A DNA stretch of 63,584 nucleotides, the filler included, from Octopus bimaculoides (taxonomy: Eukaryota): assembly GCF_001194135.2 (NCBI RefSeq). It is 5 parts of 4 records of this genome, joined end to end, with 100 filler letters (N's around TTAATTAATTAA, not from the genome) between each part and the next. Parts side by side here need not be neighbours in the genome. Positions count along the whole stretch, not along the records: positions 30,299 to 52,240 come from NC_068985.1; 4 more parts are not named here. One strand, written 5' to 3'. Every line of letters starts with the position of its first letter. Position 1 is the first letter of the stretch. Below, one piece after another: positions 36,412 to 51,108 of this stretch. Below the pieces are notes generated by a model. The model saw only the letters and a list, made by a program, of their open reading frames with translations. It was not told where the DNA came from and searched no databases. A program made the translations under genes and the position numbers.

Positions 36412-37282
36412 NNNNNNNNNNNNNNNNNNNNNNNNNNNNNNNNNNNNNNNNNNNNNNNNNNNNNNNNNNNNNNNNNNNNNNNNNNNNNNNNNNNNNNNNN
36501 NNNNNNNNNNNNNNNNNNNNNNNNNNNNNNNNNNNNNNNNNNNNNNNNNNNNNNNNNNNNNNNNNNNNNNNNNNNNNNNNNNNNNNNNNNNNNNNNNNNN
36601 NNNNNNNNNNNNNNNNNNNNNNNNNNNNNNNNNNNNNNNNNNNNNNNNNNNNNNNNNNNNNNNNNNNNNNNNNNNNNNNNNNNNNNNNNNNNNNNNNNNN
36701 NNNNNNNNNNNNNNNNNNNNNNNNNNNNNNNNNNNNNNNNNNNNNNNNNNNNNNNNNNNNNNNNNNNNNNNNNNNNNNNNNNNNNNNNNNNNNNNNNNNN
36801 NNNNNNNNNNNNNNNNNNNNNNNNNNNNNNNNNNNNNNNNNNNNNNNNNNNNNNNNNNNNNNNNNNNNNNNNNNNNNNNNNNNNNNNNNNNNNNNNNNNN
36901 NNNNNNNNNNNNNNNNNNNNNNNNNNNNNNNNNNNNNNNNNNNNNNNNNNNNNNNNNNNNNNNNNNNNNNNNNNNNNNNNNNNNNNNNNNNNNNNNNNNN
37001 NNNNNNNNNNNNNNNNNNNNNNNNNNNNNNNNNNNNNNNNNNNNNNNNNNNNNNNNNNNNNNNNNNNNNNNNNNNNNNNNNNNNNNNNNNNNNNNNNNNN
37101 NNNNNNNNNNNNNNNNNNNNNNNNNNNNNNNNNNNNNNNNNNNNNNNNNNNNNNNNNNNNNNNNNNNNNNNNNNNNNNNNNNNNNNNNNNNNNNNNNNNN
37201 NNNNNNNNNNNNNNNNNNNNNNNNNNNNNNNNNNNNNNNNNNNNNNNNNNNNNNNNNNNNNNNNNNNNNNNNNNNNNNNNNN

Positions 37283-37340
<58 letters not shown>

Positions 37341-38075
37341 TGTATACGTATATATATGTATGTATATATATGCACGTACATATATATATATTTGTTTGTA
37401 TATGTGTATGTGTGTGTGTGTGCGTCTGTATGTGTGTATGTGAATGCAGTCATCTACAAATATCGATAAAGTGATGCACTTTAAATAGATGATAGGTGGA
37501 TGTATTTATACACATGCCGAACTCTCAAAGTCATTTTAGAATTATTTATGATAAACGAAAGAGTACTTTATATTTAACACGCTACTCGTATTGTTGTTGC
37601 CGTTGTTATTGTGTTGGTAGAATTCACAGTGGGGGTAGGGGTGAGACGTATGATAATGATTGTATAGTTGTAGTCGTGATAGCTGTAATATTTTAAGTCC
37701 ACTTTATTGTGGTATGAGTTTGATGATGGAGATGGAGTTTGTGATATTCAAGGTGACTGCATTGGTGATGGTTTGTCGATAGCAAACGGACAGAAATACT
37801 AGCAGTTTATAGTACAGTTCGGTAATACTGGCATGATAATGGTGGCGTCGGGGAAGGTGCTACGGTGTCAATCAGTTGGCTGGTGTGTTGGTATTGAAGG
37901 AGAAGAGCCAGTAATCAAATTGATGCAGCGGTATTGAGACTGATGTGGTGGCATGACTTACAAATAGTCAATGTAATGTAATGGTGTTAATAGTCAATGT
38001 AATGTAGTGGCGTGAAGATGATGTGGCAGAACTAATAGTAGCGTGTAGTAAGTGAAGTTCATGGTGTGTATACAG

Positions 38076-38403
38076 ACTAGTCCTCCGTCGGTTTCGACGA
38101 CGAGTGTTCCAACTGATTCGATCAACGGAACAGTCTGCTCGTGAAACTAACGTGCAAGTAGCGGAGCACACGATAGACACTTGTACCCTTAACATAGCTG
38201 TCAGGGAGATTCAGTGTGACAAAGAATGTGACAAGGAGGTCCCCCTTTGTATTACAGGTACAACTCATTTTTCCAGCTGAGTGGACTGGAGTAACATGAA
38301 ATGAAGTGCCCTGCTGAAGGACACAACGTACCTAACGGAATGGAACTTACGACCTTACGACCGTGAGCCGCATACCGTAACCCCCTAAGCCACGCGCCTT
38401 CAC
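38076..38403 (-). mobile_element. SINE-D
   Basis: Reverse strand GGCGCGTGGCTTAGGGG...GTGTCCTTCAGCAGGGCACTT...CTCCAGTCCACTCAGCTGG plus the SINE-C-type tail. Confidence 0.85.
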
Positions 38404-39306
38404 AGTGTATAAAATGTATTGTATGGGTTGGTGCTGAAGATAGTGAGGACTTATTTATTGTAGTACAGTATATTACATAATAGTATGGTGTTGCTGAAAC
38501 TGGCGTGGTGGAATTAAATGATTGTAATGGTACTGGTATTAGTGTGTTGGCATTGGAAGTGGTGGTGATATTGGAGGTAGTGAGGTGGCCTGCAAGGTGA
38601 TGATGGCTATTGAAATGTGGTATTTATAGCGATGATGGTTGTGGTGCATGTGCTGGGAGAAGTTCTGATGGTTGAGGTACTAGCTGTGTTGGACTGTTCG
38701 TTGGATATGTACCTTTGGCGGAAATTTGGTCAATCTCTGCAAAAGCAACATCAAAAGCACAGAAAAAATACACAAACTAAGAACAAGAACAGAAATAAAA
38801 ATTTGGAAACCAACAATGTCAAAATATATAACACCTCAGCCCGTCTCCCAAGGAAAAATAATCAAACAACCCCGCTCACCTTACAGATATTATCAGGCAT
38901 TATGAAATAAAATATGAAGGAAATAAAGTAAAACTAAGTGAGGAACAGTGAGGAATATTGAAGCAGTAAGTATTTGTAATTATCGATCGTATTAGCGATG
39001 ACTGTGGGTTCATAGCAGAAGAAAATTTAAGAAAAAAAAAATCTGTAATGTTAAAAGCTGAAAATTGTGCTGGAGTGGTTAAGGACTGGAGGAGAGGAAA
39101 TAAAACGATTGCCAATATTGAAGACTAAGATGGAATACTTAGCAAGGGAAACCTTATGCCCTGGCACGTTTTACCGTTATTTCGAATATTCCTTGATTTT
39201 CTTACATTGCAATATTTTCTCCCTCCTCCGCCTCCGCCTCCTCCTTATACCATAAAAGCGATCAATCTATCCATATATCTATCGATTTAACTACTTTCCT
39301 ATCTAT

Positions 39307-39387
<81 letters not shown>

Positions 39388-39800
39388 CTATTGATCTATC
39401 TACCTATCTATCTGTGTGTCTAAGTATATGTATATATAAGCACACATACACATACACACATACACATACAAATACACACACACACGCACATATAATATAT
39501 ATATATNNNNNNNNNNNNNNNNNNNNNNNNNNNNNNNNNNNNNNNNNNNNNNNNNNNNNNNNNNNNNNNNNNNNNNNNNNNNNNNNNNNNNNNNNNNNNN
39601 NNNNNNNNNNNNNNNNNNTGATAGAAATATCTTTAGGTAAGGTTTCTCTGATTTACTTCCTCACCACTACCACCACCACCATCATCATCACTACCACCAC
39701 CACCACCATCATCATCACTACCCCCCACCACCACCATCATCACTACCACGACGACGACGACGACCACCACCACCACCACCACCACCATCATCATCATCAT

Positions 39801-39832
<32 letters not shown>

Positions 39833-40039
39833 CTACCATACCGAATCATTCAGGTCTCCACGATCAATATAATAGTTGAAAAGGATATAGTGACTCCGTA
39901 GTGCTACGCTCACTAAATAATTAAATAACTTTTACACATTCAGGGAAGCATTCGCAAACAGTGCCAATCTAAAAGCCTCTAGTTACTATATTTACTTATT
40001 TGAAATAGCTGTCTAAATTCCCTCACACTATACAAGCAT

Positions 40040-40180
40040 AGATATGTGGTTAAGAAGTTCGGTTACCCACAGCAAAGCTCCGAGTTCTGTCCCACAGCGT
40101 GGAGCTGTGGGTAGATGTTGTTTACAATTGTAATGGATCAACAAATAATTTATGAATAGAATTTAGAAGGCGAAACTGTA
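40040..40180 (+). mobile_element. Degraded SINE-B head
   Basis: atgtggttaagaagtt...gagttctgtcccacagcgtgg. Confidence 0.5.
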
Positions 40181-40209
40181 CTTATACATAAGTACATATA
40201 CACATATAG

Positions 40210-40575
40210 TGGAGGCACAATGACCCAGTGGTTAGGACAGCGGATTCGTGGTTTCGATTCCCAGACCGGGCGTTGTGAGTGTTTATTGAGCGAAAACACC
40301 TAAAGTTCCACTAGGCTCCGGCAGGGGATGGTGGCGAACCCTGCTGTACTCTTTCACCGCAACTTTCTCTTACAGTTTCTTCCTGTTTCTGTTGTACCTG
40401 TAATTCAAAGGGTCAACCTTGTCACACTCTGTGTCACGCTGAATCTCCCCGAGAACTACGCTAAGGGTACACGTGTCTGTGGAGTGCTCAGCCACTTTCA
40501 CGTTAATTTCACGAGCAAGCTGTTCCTTTGATCGGATCAACTGGAACCCTCGTCGTCGTAACCGACGGAATGCCA
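40210..40575 (+). mobile_element. SINE-C full-length
   Basis: TGACCCAGTGG (A-box-like), GTTTCGATTCC (B-box-like), distinct body, tail ending GTCGTCGTAACCGACGGAATGCCA. Confidence 0.9.
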
Positions 40576-43500
40576 AGATACATATATACATTCTTACATA
40601 CAAAGAAAAGGCATAGTTATCCCAAAATGTACATAAATACATATCTAAAATATATACATAGGCATAAACATAGAAAAGCATACAATTAAACCATATGTAC
40701 AGTGTGTGTATATAGTATAGACATACACCCTCACACACGTACCAATATGTTTTTTACAATAATGAAAGTTTGGGGAGCACCTTCCAGGTGATACAAAGCG
40801 CATATACAGGTAAAGAGAACGTGAGAGGGAGAGGGAGTTTGAGAGAAATAGCACACAGGTGTTGCTTATGTATAAATGTCATAGGTGCGAGAAATATAAA
40901 CCAGCGAGACAGCAGAATTTGTGAATGCGATAGAAAATTGCGCACGGGCGTTAGTCTCTTATATATGCATGTTTATCTGTATCTCTGCGTTTTATATGCG
41001 CGTGCGCTCGCGCGTGTGCATATAGATAGTTATAGTAAAACACAGATTAAACAGATCTTGACAATATAGATTTACGTAATGTTATCTAATAAATTATGTA
41101 AAGGACTTATATTTGGAATAAACCATGCTATTGAAACGCAGGTATTGATGTCTTCAGCAATCCATTCGTATTTGCTTATTATATATATACACACACGCAC
41201 ATACATACATGCTCCATGTGTTGGTGTGTGTGTGTGTTTGGGTGTGTGTGTGTGCTTGTGTGCGTGTGTGCGTGTGTGTTTGTTGCGTGCATATGTTTAT
41301 ATCCGTTTTCTCTGTTTACTGTGTATATCGATATTGAATCTATTCCTGTCGACAGCCATACCACTCTCACTTCGTAATGACGTAAGATGCCGATTACATT
41401 TACTAAAATGTTTCACAATGAACTCTTCACTCCTCATTAAAAGGATTTTAAGGCCTATGAAGTTGCGTCGAACAAATTTTGCATTACAGAGCAACAGGAA
41501 TGTTATGGGCTTACATTATAAAGACATTATTATCCGTTTCTGCCCAGATGCTTCGAGTTATAAATTTGTTGAAAGCTGGAAGCCATCATTTGCAATAAAA
41601 GTGGTTTTACGTAAACCTATTTCTCGAATCTTGAAGCTGATGTTTCAGCTAAACAGAACAATTTAACCAGCGTTAAATATTGCCACGTAGATAAATAAAA
41701 AGAGTACAATAATTCTCCTGGAGAATATATATATATATATATATATATANNNNNNNNNNNNNNNNNNNNNNNNNNNNNNNNNNNNNNNNNNNNNNNNNNN
41801 NNNNNNNNNNNNNNNNNNNNNNNNNNNNNNNNNNNNNNNNNNNNNNNNNNNNNNNNNNNNNNNNNNNNNNNNNNNNNNNNNNNNNNNNNNNNNNNNNNNN
41901 NNNNNNNNNNNNNNNNNNNNNNNNNNNNNNNNNNNNNNNNNNNNNNNNNNNNNNNNNNNNNNNNNNNNNNNNNNATATATATATATATATATATATAATG
42001 AGGGCAATACCCTGAATATGATCAAGTAAAAGTGCTTTTCAAGACAGTTTCTTTTTTATTTTATTTATTATATCTGCGTTAGCAACGTTTTTAAGGATAT
42101 TTGACTTAGATCGTCACTTTCTATGGAAATGAACAAGTTTATGCAAAATCGCAATACAAATTCCTCATTTATTCTTCCAAACAAATGTTTTATGTAAAGT
42201 CATATAATTTAGGGTTGTATGTAATCCTAGCTAAACTTTTGAAAAGAAAATTTTGAATTTTTAAAACATTTATGTGAAAATTTGTTCACTAAAAGCTATT
42301 TTGTTCAAATGTCTCTTAAGAATTTTTGCTTCTAAATTTTCAGTGAGTGGGAGTTGGTGAAAATTGTTCGAATAATAAGAAATGGTAGCGAAGAAAAAAT
42401 AGAATAGGTGAATATGATATAACCTTGCTGTAGAAATTTATTGCTCTATGTAATGTAACGTCACTATGAAGCCATCACAACAAAAAGTGTACCTTTCAAA
42501 GAAAAAATAAACACAACCCGGAAAATAAGCGTATAATATATTATATGAATACGAAAGATGAAGGATATGTTTGAAAGATGTTAAACTGAAGATGCATTAT
42601 ATAAGAAATGTTAGCGATTGTACTATTGGTTTATACGAGGTATCACAATTAGTAAGAAAATATGGAAATCTACATTATAAAAGAAATTCTTACCACGATT
42701 CCTGAAAATGATTCAGATATTTGAAAATTGGTTCCTTTTAATAATAATACTGTATGTGGTTAGATTAGTGAAGTGGGAGAGGATATTTTCGAAAATTTAA
42801 TATTTAACTACAAATTAACCTCTTAAGCGATATGGAATCCTGTGAAACTCACAGTACACCTTTTATGACAATTTGACAGGTTAGTCTAGTGATAAGAATA
42901 TTTAATCTATTCGTGGTTCATTGTTTAATGTATCGGTAACTCCATGTTCTTGAAGGTCACCGTTAATCTAGCTTCAGTTTTTTTTTTACTGTTAAGAAAA
43001 CTAAAGATCAGGTCTTAACATTAGGTTATTCCGGTAACCATATTGAGAGAAAAGTGAAAGTGTTGACAGCAAACATTCTCTTCATAGTTCGTTGGTTGAA
43101 AAAGAGTTTTGCTTGAAATGTTTTCTTTTTCTTTATTACGACTCTTTTACTGAATTCTGACTTAAAAAACCATGTTCTCCAACAAGCAAAACGTATGGAA
43201 TTCATTTGCGAAGAGGTGACTTAGGAAATATTTCTGACAAGATGAACCGCCTGAATTTAATTTTAATCAAATAAACACAAAAAGGGTAGTCAGCACCATT
43301 TTAATTAAGGGAGTTTTGCCAATTCCCGTTTATGAACAAAAAAAACAAAAAAAACATTTCCTGATTATTGAGAGTTTGTAATCTGTAAACCCGCTTCTCA
43401 CAGCCACAACAATTAAAGAATGACTTTGAAATTAGATCTAATGACTTCAATTAAATTATAATGTTCTCTATTGGATTTTAAAAACAAAATTCTTTACGGG

Positions 43501-43839
43501 CAAAACAGAATAAAACATTGAATTACAGGGGATAATACGAAATAAGGAGGAAATGAAGTTGATTTTCTTTTAAATTCAAGGTTTGTGTGAAATATGAGCA
43601 AAATGCATAAAACCTCTATTTTCGAAAAGAGTCAAGTTATTGTTTGTTGCTAAGGCATCATATCATCTATCGGAGACAGATTTTAGCGATGTTATCGAAA
43701 TTCTAACCGAGTGTCCAAAAATAGAACCCAAAATTATGCCCACATATTGTAAACTTGTTCGGACACCAACAACGAAGACCGCGTCATACACAAAGATCTG
43801 TCATCTGAATTGTTCGAATTTTAATGATATTAATAAACA

Positions 43840-43970
43840 ATATCCGCTATCTTAATTATTCATATTTTAATCATAATAAAGGAGATACGCATTCTTAATT
43901 ATTATATGTTAATCATAAAACTAATCAATGTCCGCTATCTTAATTATTCTTATATAATCATAATAATAAA
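43840..43970. repeat. Imperfect ~40-45-bp minisatellite, three units
   Basis: tcttaattatt..at...taatcataa recurs three times. Confidence 0.7.
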
Positions 43971-44614
43971 TTATGTATATTTATCAGTAAAATATCAAAC
44001 CTGTTTATATTATAAATTTCATTACAATCATTTCTTTTCAGCATATAAGGGTAAAAGCTGATATGTTAATAAGTATGCAGGAACTTTAGATGGACGACTG
44101 GCTGAACAAGGAAACACGGCTCTAAATATACAAGCGCGTACTCTCACTCTCACACACACACATACACACAGACGCACATACATACCTTTATTTCAAACTC
44201 ACAAAGTAAAATTTAAGCTGCATATCTTTCAAGATGGGATACAATACTTAAAACAGCATACACGCACGCACACACATGTATGCATGCATACCCCACCCTT
44301 GCTTTCCCCACACCCCAACACCACCCCACTACACCACCACACCACACCACCACGCCACCACACCACACACCACCAAACCACACCACATCACATCACACCA
44401 CCCCGCACACACTAGCACTGACCACTTCCCAGCATCCACACCATCGTCCACACACCTACACATGCACACACGAACACGTTAAGGTCACCAGCCCCCTTTC
44501 ACACACACATACATGCTCTCACATACGCACTCACGTGCACCTTCGTTTTTGGATCGCCACTACTTTATTATCTCCCCTTCTTCCTCGCTCTTCTGTGTGA
44601 CTCCTCTGTCCAGT

Positions 44615-44808
44615 ATTCGCCATGGTAGATCGCTAGCCACCAAACCTTTTATATTTTCACTCCCTGTTTATTTCTGTTCCTTTCTGTCGAAGAGCGTAGT
44701 CTGGAAACGTAAAAGACTTTCTCACTTCCCGAACGTTAAACTAATACATCTGTTTGTTGTTTACACACCCGTCTTCGTCTTTTGTTTTTTTTTGTAAATT
44801 CTCCCTAT
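44615..44808 (+). mobile_element. Small repeat, probable Penelope-like terminal-repeat fragment, copy 2
   Basis: Colinear with the reverse complement of 30320-30525; ends at (TA)n. Confidence 0.65.
44680..44715 (+). ncRNA. Decayed hammerhead-like motif
   Basis: CTTT-CTGTCGA-A-GAGC(GTAG)TCTG-GAAA-CGT-A-AAAG; helix II disrupted. Confidence 0.4.
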
Positions 44809-46152
44809 ATATATACATATATANNNNNNNNNNNNNNNNNNNNNNNNNNNNNNNNNNNNNNNNNNNNNNNNNNNNNNNNNNNNNNNNNNNNNNNNNNNNN
44901 NNNNNNNNNNNNNNNNNNNNNNNNNNNNNNNNNNNNNNNNNNNNNNNNNNNNNNNNNNNNNNNNNNNNNNNNNNNNNNNNNNNNNNNNNNNNNNNNNNNN
45001 NNNNNNNNNNNNNNNNNNNNNNNNNNNNNNNNNNNNNNNNNNNNNNNNNNNNNNNNNNNNNNNNNNNNNNNNNNNNNNNNNNNNNNNNNNNNNNNNNNNN
45101 NNNNNNNNNNNNNNNNNNNNNNNNNNNNNNNNNNNNNNNNNNNNNNNNNNNNNNNNNNNNNNNNNNNNNNNNNNNNNNNNNNNNNNNNNNNNNNNNNNNN
45201 NNNNNNNNNNNNNNNNNNNNNNNNNNNNNNNNNNNNNNNNNNNNNNNNNNNNNNNNNNNNNNNNNNNNNNNNNNNNNNNNNNNNNNNNNNNNNNNNNNNN
45301 NNNNNNNNNNNNNNNNNNNNNNNNNNNNNNNNNNNNNNNNNNNNNNNNNNNNNNNNNNNNNNNNNNNNNNNNNNNNNNNNNNNNNNNNNNNNNNNNNNNN
45401 NNNNNNNNNNNNNNNNNNNNNNNNNNNNNNNNNNNNNNNNNNNNNNNNNNNNNNNNNNNNNNNNNNNNNNNNNNNNNNNNNNNNNNNNNNNNNNNNNNNN
45501 NNNNNNNNNNNNNNNNNNNNNNNNNNNNNNNNNNNNNNNNNNNNNNNNNNNNNNNNNNNNNNNNNNNNNNNNNNNNNNNNNNNNNNNNNNNNNNNNNNNN
45601 NNNNNNNNNNNNNNNNNNNNNNNNNNNNNNNNNNNNNNNNNNNNNNNNNNNNNNNNNNNNNNNNNNNNNNNNNNNNNNNNNNNNNNNNNNNNNNNNNNNN
45701 NNNNNNNNNNNNNNNNNNNNNNNNNNNNNNNNNNNNNNNNNNNNNNNNNNNNNNNNNNNNNNNNNNNNNNNNNNACACACACACACGTAAACATACATAC
45801 AATTTTATACGTACCTATTTGTTATTTAAGCGGAATGTGTGACACTGATATATCAGAGCGTAAAACAAACCGACAAAGTATAACATTGAAGGAAATCAAT
45901 AACTGAAGAAGAAACATCGTTTTATATTTGTCTGAAGAGAGATTTTCATCTTGATCTGAGTGAAGGATAAAGTAGAATATTTAAATAAGCTGTTGCAATG
46001 CATTAACGATTAAAGAAGAATGTATAAAGAGAACGATAATTTCAAATTATCTGATGAGTGACGTACTTGATTCTAGACAAGAAACTAAAGTGTTTGTTGT
46101 AATCCCACTTATCTGTTAATAAAGCAAGGTAGAAAATAAAATCATCCTTAAA

Positions 46153-46335
46153 GTGATAGTGTGTTGTCAACTTAATGTAACAGTCCCATGAAAGTGAAGA
46201 ATGCTACTGTTATCTAGCCCAAGAGAATACCGTTTCCTGTTGGACTTAACACATTTCCTGTGTCCTTGTGTTTTCAAAGTGGAGACAAGCACTTCCACCC
46301 AGCAAAGCCAGCATCCAGAGACTAGTTTCAGAGTC
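46153..46335. mobile_element. Foldback/MITE family copy (one arm plus centre)
   Basis: gtgatagtgtgttgtcaacttaatgtaacagtccc...ggagacaagcacttccacccagc; centre is the reverse complement of that at 16276-16300. Confidence 0.75.
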
Positions 46336-47224
46336 ATTGCTCATCATCAGTCTAAAATTAAATGGCTTGCTAGCTGTCGATGCCTATCAGCCTTTGAAAA
46401 CATATATTTCAAGTGAAATACATTCACTGATTTTTGAAATTAGAAATAATACATTTCTAAATCTCTCTGATTTATGCAGTAGCAGCATGATAAAATGATT
46501 CTTGATTTCATGCTTCATTTTAAAGAAGGGATATTAAGAAAGTTTATAATTTCAGTGGACGCTTTGTCGGATTGCAGAAGAGCGTACAAGCTTCAAGATT
46601 TAAGAGAAAGGCACGTCGTAATTTGAGCAGCGAACAAACTGCTCAACTAAATTCCAAACGTCACACTTATCGCAATAAATGCTTACTGTAAAGAAGAAAT
46701 AAAATGTGATGTTAATTGAAACACTCATTTATTTAAATCAGGTTTCAACATTAATTTATTTGATGAAATTAGAACTCTTGAAATACTGAGGTAGGAAACA
46801 ATATTTCAATACAACGAGTTATAAATCGTTAAAGCGGAGACATGAAACCTCATCCATGCGATAGCATTAAACTGAGCGACAGATGAGGTCTGTTACAACT
46901 TCCGGCAGTTAGATTTCTTATCTTTTAGGAAATCCGTTGTCTATTTACAGCTTCTCTCCAAGCGTGAATAATCTTCTCACACTTCACTTTACATCCGATC
47001 ATTAGAAGGATTCTAGCTATTGGAGGGTTTCGAAACTTTCAACTCATAATTAAATATTCGACATTGAAGACGTCAAATGAAATATCATTGCTTTATTAAC
47101 TCTTCACTCTTCACAGGAAACATCACTTTTTTCTATTACATATGTTTAGTCTTCGACAGACAACCAAATACACGCCCCACCTCATCGCGCCACGCATATA
47201 TTTATATTCCTCAAAAAAGTCACA

Positions 47225-47245
47225 ACTATCATCATCATCATCATG

Positions 47246-47286
<41 letters not shown>

Positions 47287-47493
47287 TATTGTCATTATCC
47301 TCATTCACGTGTGTCATTTCATCTCTCTCAGGTTTGCTTGTCAATTCTGTTTATCCGAACTAAAAGGTAAACTGATACAGGCTGCTTATATGCAATTCAA
47401 ACGTCTGCTTCGGCGAGACAGACATATAAATAAGACTGTCATCGATGACGACGACGATAATAATGATAATAATGATGATAATAATAGTAATAC

Positions 47494-47544
<51 letters not shown>

Positions 47545-47561
47545 TGATGATAATAATAATG

Positions 47562-47635
<74 letters not shown>
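47225..47635. repeat. (CAT)n and (AAT/GAT)n tracts
   Basis: Directly visible. Confidence 0.9.
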
Positions 47636-47637
<2 letters not shown>

Positions 47638-48619
47638 GTGAATAATGAATAGTGAAAGGAGCGAAGAAGAACTTTAGCAATTGCACTGCAAACCAATACA
47701 GACGATGGAATAAATAAATATTCAACATTTGCTTCTTGGTGCAACAGATTTTTAATCAAAGAGTGTATTGATTTTTCTCTCCTCGGTGAGATGCTATATT
47801 TTCTGCAAGAAACAACAACAACAACTACAAGACCAGTTAAAATAAAATTCATAGCTATGCTATAAAGAACAACAATAACATCAAGAAGTAATCTCATATA
47901 TTGGATATTAAGTCTGAGGTTTTAGAAAAAAGAAAAATGGCGGTTGTGACGTTCAATGCCTTTTTGTGAAGGTCTTGGTAATGTAGATGGCATCAAATGG
48001 TACCAAGAAGAGGTAGAGATAACTTGGTGTATAATCTGTCCACGTTGAATTTGGTCTTTAAACCACTGAGACAATCGATTTACTGGAGTTCAGCACCTGA
48101 TTAGTTCTGTTTTTTTTTTTTAATCTATTCTGGTAGAATGAAAAGCGAAATTGATTTGGATGGAGTAGAAATTCTGAAGGAAAAGAAACTTTAATATATG
48201 CCACAACGCCTTTTGTCCGTTGCTCAGCCGATTCCGCAATTCAATCCACCGGCCTTGCTCAGATCAATAAAAACCATTGAGTTTTTACTAGTCGCAATGA
48301 TATAGATTTCTAAAGGAGACAGAAATGATTGCATAAACCCATTCATGAATGGAATATTTACTTTTTACGAAAAGGTGGACGGCGATGCGATCTCGAGGAA
48401 TTTGTGTTTGAAAGCTTAGAGATGTTGTCAAGATAGGTGATGATTGAAATTAGCCCTTCACTGCACGGACGCATCCTGACTCATTTATCATAAAATTAAC
48501 GATTTCTTTGAAGACTGTAACAGACCAATGTTTATAAGAATCATTTATAGATGATTGACTGTCTCTGGTGAATTGTCTTCATTTATATTGTAGACAATTA
48601 ATCGTGGCTAATGATACTG

Positions 48620-48810
48620 AAGATATGTGGGCTGTGAGAAGCATTAGAGAATCGAACAAGACACCTTGCTGGGTTCAGGTACGACATTTTACGTTCAAGT
48701 CCTGTTGAGTACAGGTTTGTCTTTTATAGTTCCGGGGTCGATAAAAAATAATCACCAGCCGAGTAATGTGATATCGATATTACCGACTGCATCCTCGCAA
48801 TCAAAAGGTT
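48620..48810 (+). mobile_element. Old SINE-A-like copy
   Basis: gttcaagtcctgttgag...ccggggtcgataaaaaataatcaccag. Confidence 0.55.
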
Positions 48811-49259
48811 CTTTTCCACCCCCGCTAACGCCGGTTTATTACTTTTCATCAAGCTAACCACCACATGTAACTGATTCTACTTATATTCCCTACGATCGTG
48901 GATAAATAAGCAGTAACTGAAATGTATCATGTTTCAGTCGGATTCGATCTTTTAAGACATTTTATCCTGATTTCATTTTGTTTTCAGACAACTTAACAAT
49001 CTTCTCACACGACAATAGTTATTCGTTATCGAGACACAAGACACCCCCTACCAGATTTTGCCCAGTTTAATGTTCATGACACTTTTCAAAATAACATTAG
49101 GGATGAAAGAGAAACAGTTAAAACATGAGATCTAAATTTATCTCATGATATTCTGCTGGTTATTAAAAGCTTCACTAAGACGCGCAATGCAAACTAAACA
49201 TCGCTTTCCAACCATACACATACATTCTCTTTCTCTTCTCTTTGTGTGTGTGTGTGTGT

Positions 49260-49308
<49 letters not shown>

Positions 49309-49315
49309 CTCTCGG

Positions 49316-49350
<35 letters not shown>

Positions 49351-50215
49351 TACATATATTATTTTTAATCAGCCGAAATAAACAGAAGCGGCTTAAGGGT
49401 CGAAAGTTGTTTTCATAACATCCTGCCGATTAATTATAAAGCACATACATATGTGTAAGTTTTATAAATAGACATAAAGATACGAATAAACCAATAAAAC
49501 CGCTTAGAATATATATATATATATATATTTATAAATATAATTAANNNNNNNNNNNNNNNNNNNNNNNNNNNNNNNNNNNNNNNNNNNNNNNNNNNNNNNN
49601 NNNNNNNNNNNNNNNNNNNNNNNNNNNNNNNNNNNNNNNNNNNNNNNNNNNNNNNNNNNNNNNNNNNNNNNNNNNNNNNNNNNNNNNNNNNNNNNNNNNN
49701 NNNNNNNNNNNNNNNNNNNNNNNNNNNNNNNNNNNNNNNNNNNNNNNNNNNNNNNNNNNNNNNNNNNNNNNNNNNNNNNNNNNNNNNNNNNNNNNNNNNN
49801 NNNNNNNNNNNNNNNNNNNNNNNNNNNNNNNNNNNNNNNNNNNNNNNNNNNNNNNNNNNNNNNNNNNNNNNNNNNNNNNNNNNNNNNNNNNNNNNNNNNN
49901 NNNNNNNNNNNNNNNNNNNNNNNNNNNNNNNNNNNNNNNNNNNNNNNNNNNNNNNNNNNNNNNNNNNNNNNNNNNNNNNNNNNNNNNNNNNNNNNNNNNN
50001 NNNNNNNNNNNNNNNNNNNNNNNNNNNNNNNNNNNNNNNNNNNNNNNNNNNNNNNNNNNNNNNNNNNNNNNNNNNNNNNNNNNNNNNNNNNNNNNNNNNN
50101 NNNNNNNNNNNNNNNNNNNNNNNNNNNNNNNNNNNNNNNNNNNNNNNNNNNNNNNNNNNNNNNNNNNNNNNNNNNNNNNNNNNNNNNNNNNNNNNNNNNN
50201 NNNNNNNNNNNNNNN

Positions 50216-50271
<56 letters not shown>

Positions 50272-50624
50272 ATATATGTATATATATATGTATATATGTG
50301 TACATATCTAAAGATATAAATGACAAATAATTTGATGAAATTTTATTGAACAATTAGAAAATTCTAATATCACGACAAATTGTTTCGTAACTTCAAAGCA
50401 TGTAAATAATTTATATCATTATATTTAGTAATAAATAAATTTCACACACGCCTGTATTAATGCAAAATGCAAAACATCCTTCAAAATAATGGAGAATTAT
50501 CGTTTTCTTTTGTATCGAACCAAATATTCTATGTTTTGTAGAATGATACATTAAGGACTATTTTTATGTGTACTGGCGGATTACATGAATCGATATATAG
50601 TGATTCAAAGTCATATATATATAC

Positions 50625-50860
50625 ATTCTTTTATTCTTTTACTTGTTTCAGTCATTTAACTGCGGCCATGCTGGAGCACCGCCTTTATTCGAACAAATCG
50701 ACCCCAGGACTTATTCTTTGTAAGTCAAGTATTTATTGTATCGCTTCTTATTGCCGAACCGCTAAGTTACGGAGACATAAACACACCAGCATCGGTTGTC
50801 AAGCGATGGTGGGTGGACAAACACATGCACAAAGCATATACATACATCCATCCATCCATT

Positions 50861-50928
<68 letters not shown>

Positions 50929-51032
50929 NNNNNNNNNNNNNNNNNNNATTTGCCCAAGGTGTTACGCAGTGGGACTGAACCCGAACCAATTTGGTTGGTA
51001 AGCAGGCTTCTTACCACACAGCCACACCTGCA
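50625..51032 (-). mobile_element. SINE-B, internal microsatellite partly in a gap
   Basis: ttgtttcagtcatttaactgcggccatgctggagcacc...catcggttgtcaagcg...ttgcccaaggtg...accacacagccac. Confidence 0.9.
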
Positions 51033-51038
51033 TTCATG

Positions 51039-51108
<70 letters not shown>

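Noticed and set aside
4503-40260. tRNA-like heads as real tRNA genes
   Set aside because: Each continues into a SINE body, with no acceptor-stem closure or T-run terminator.
41079-41666. 195-aa ORF
   Set aside because: The first third is (CA)/(TG) repeat, the rest has no recognisable motif or splice donor, and such lengths are expected by chance.
46050-46090. CTGATGAG...GAAAC as a canonical hammerhead
   Set aside because: No helix II closing pair before GAAA and no helix I/III complementarity.
46623-46646. 8-bp hairpin (also 53896-53914 and near 53960)
   Set aside because: Short stems of this size arise by chance in 60 kb.
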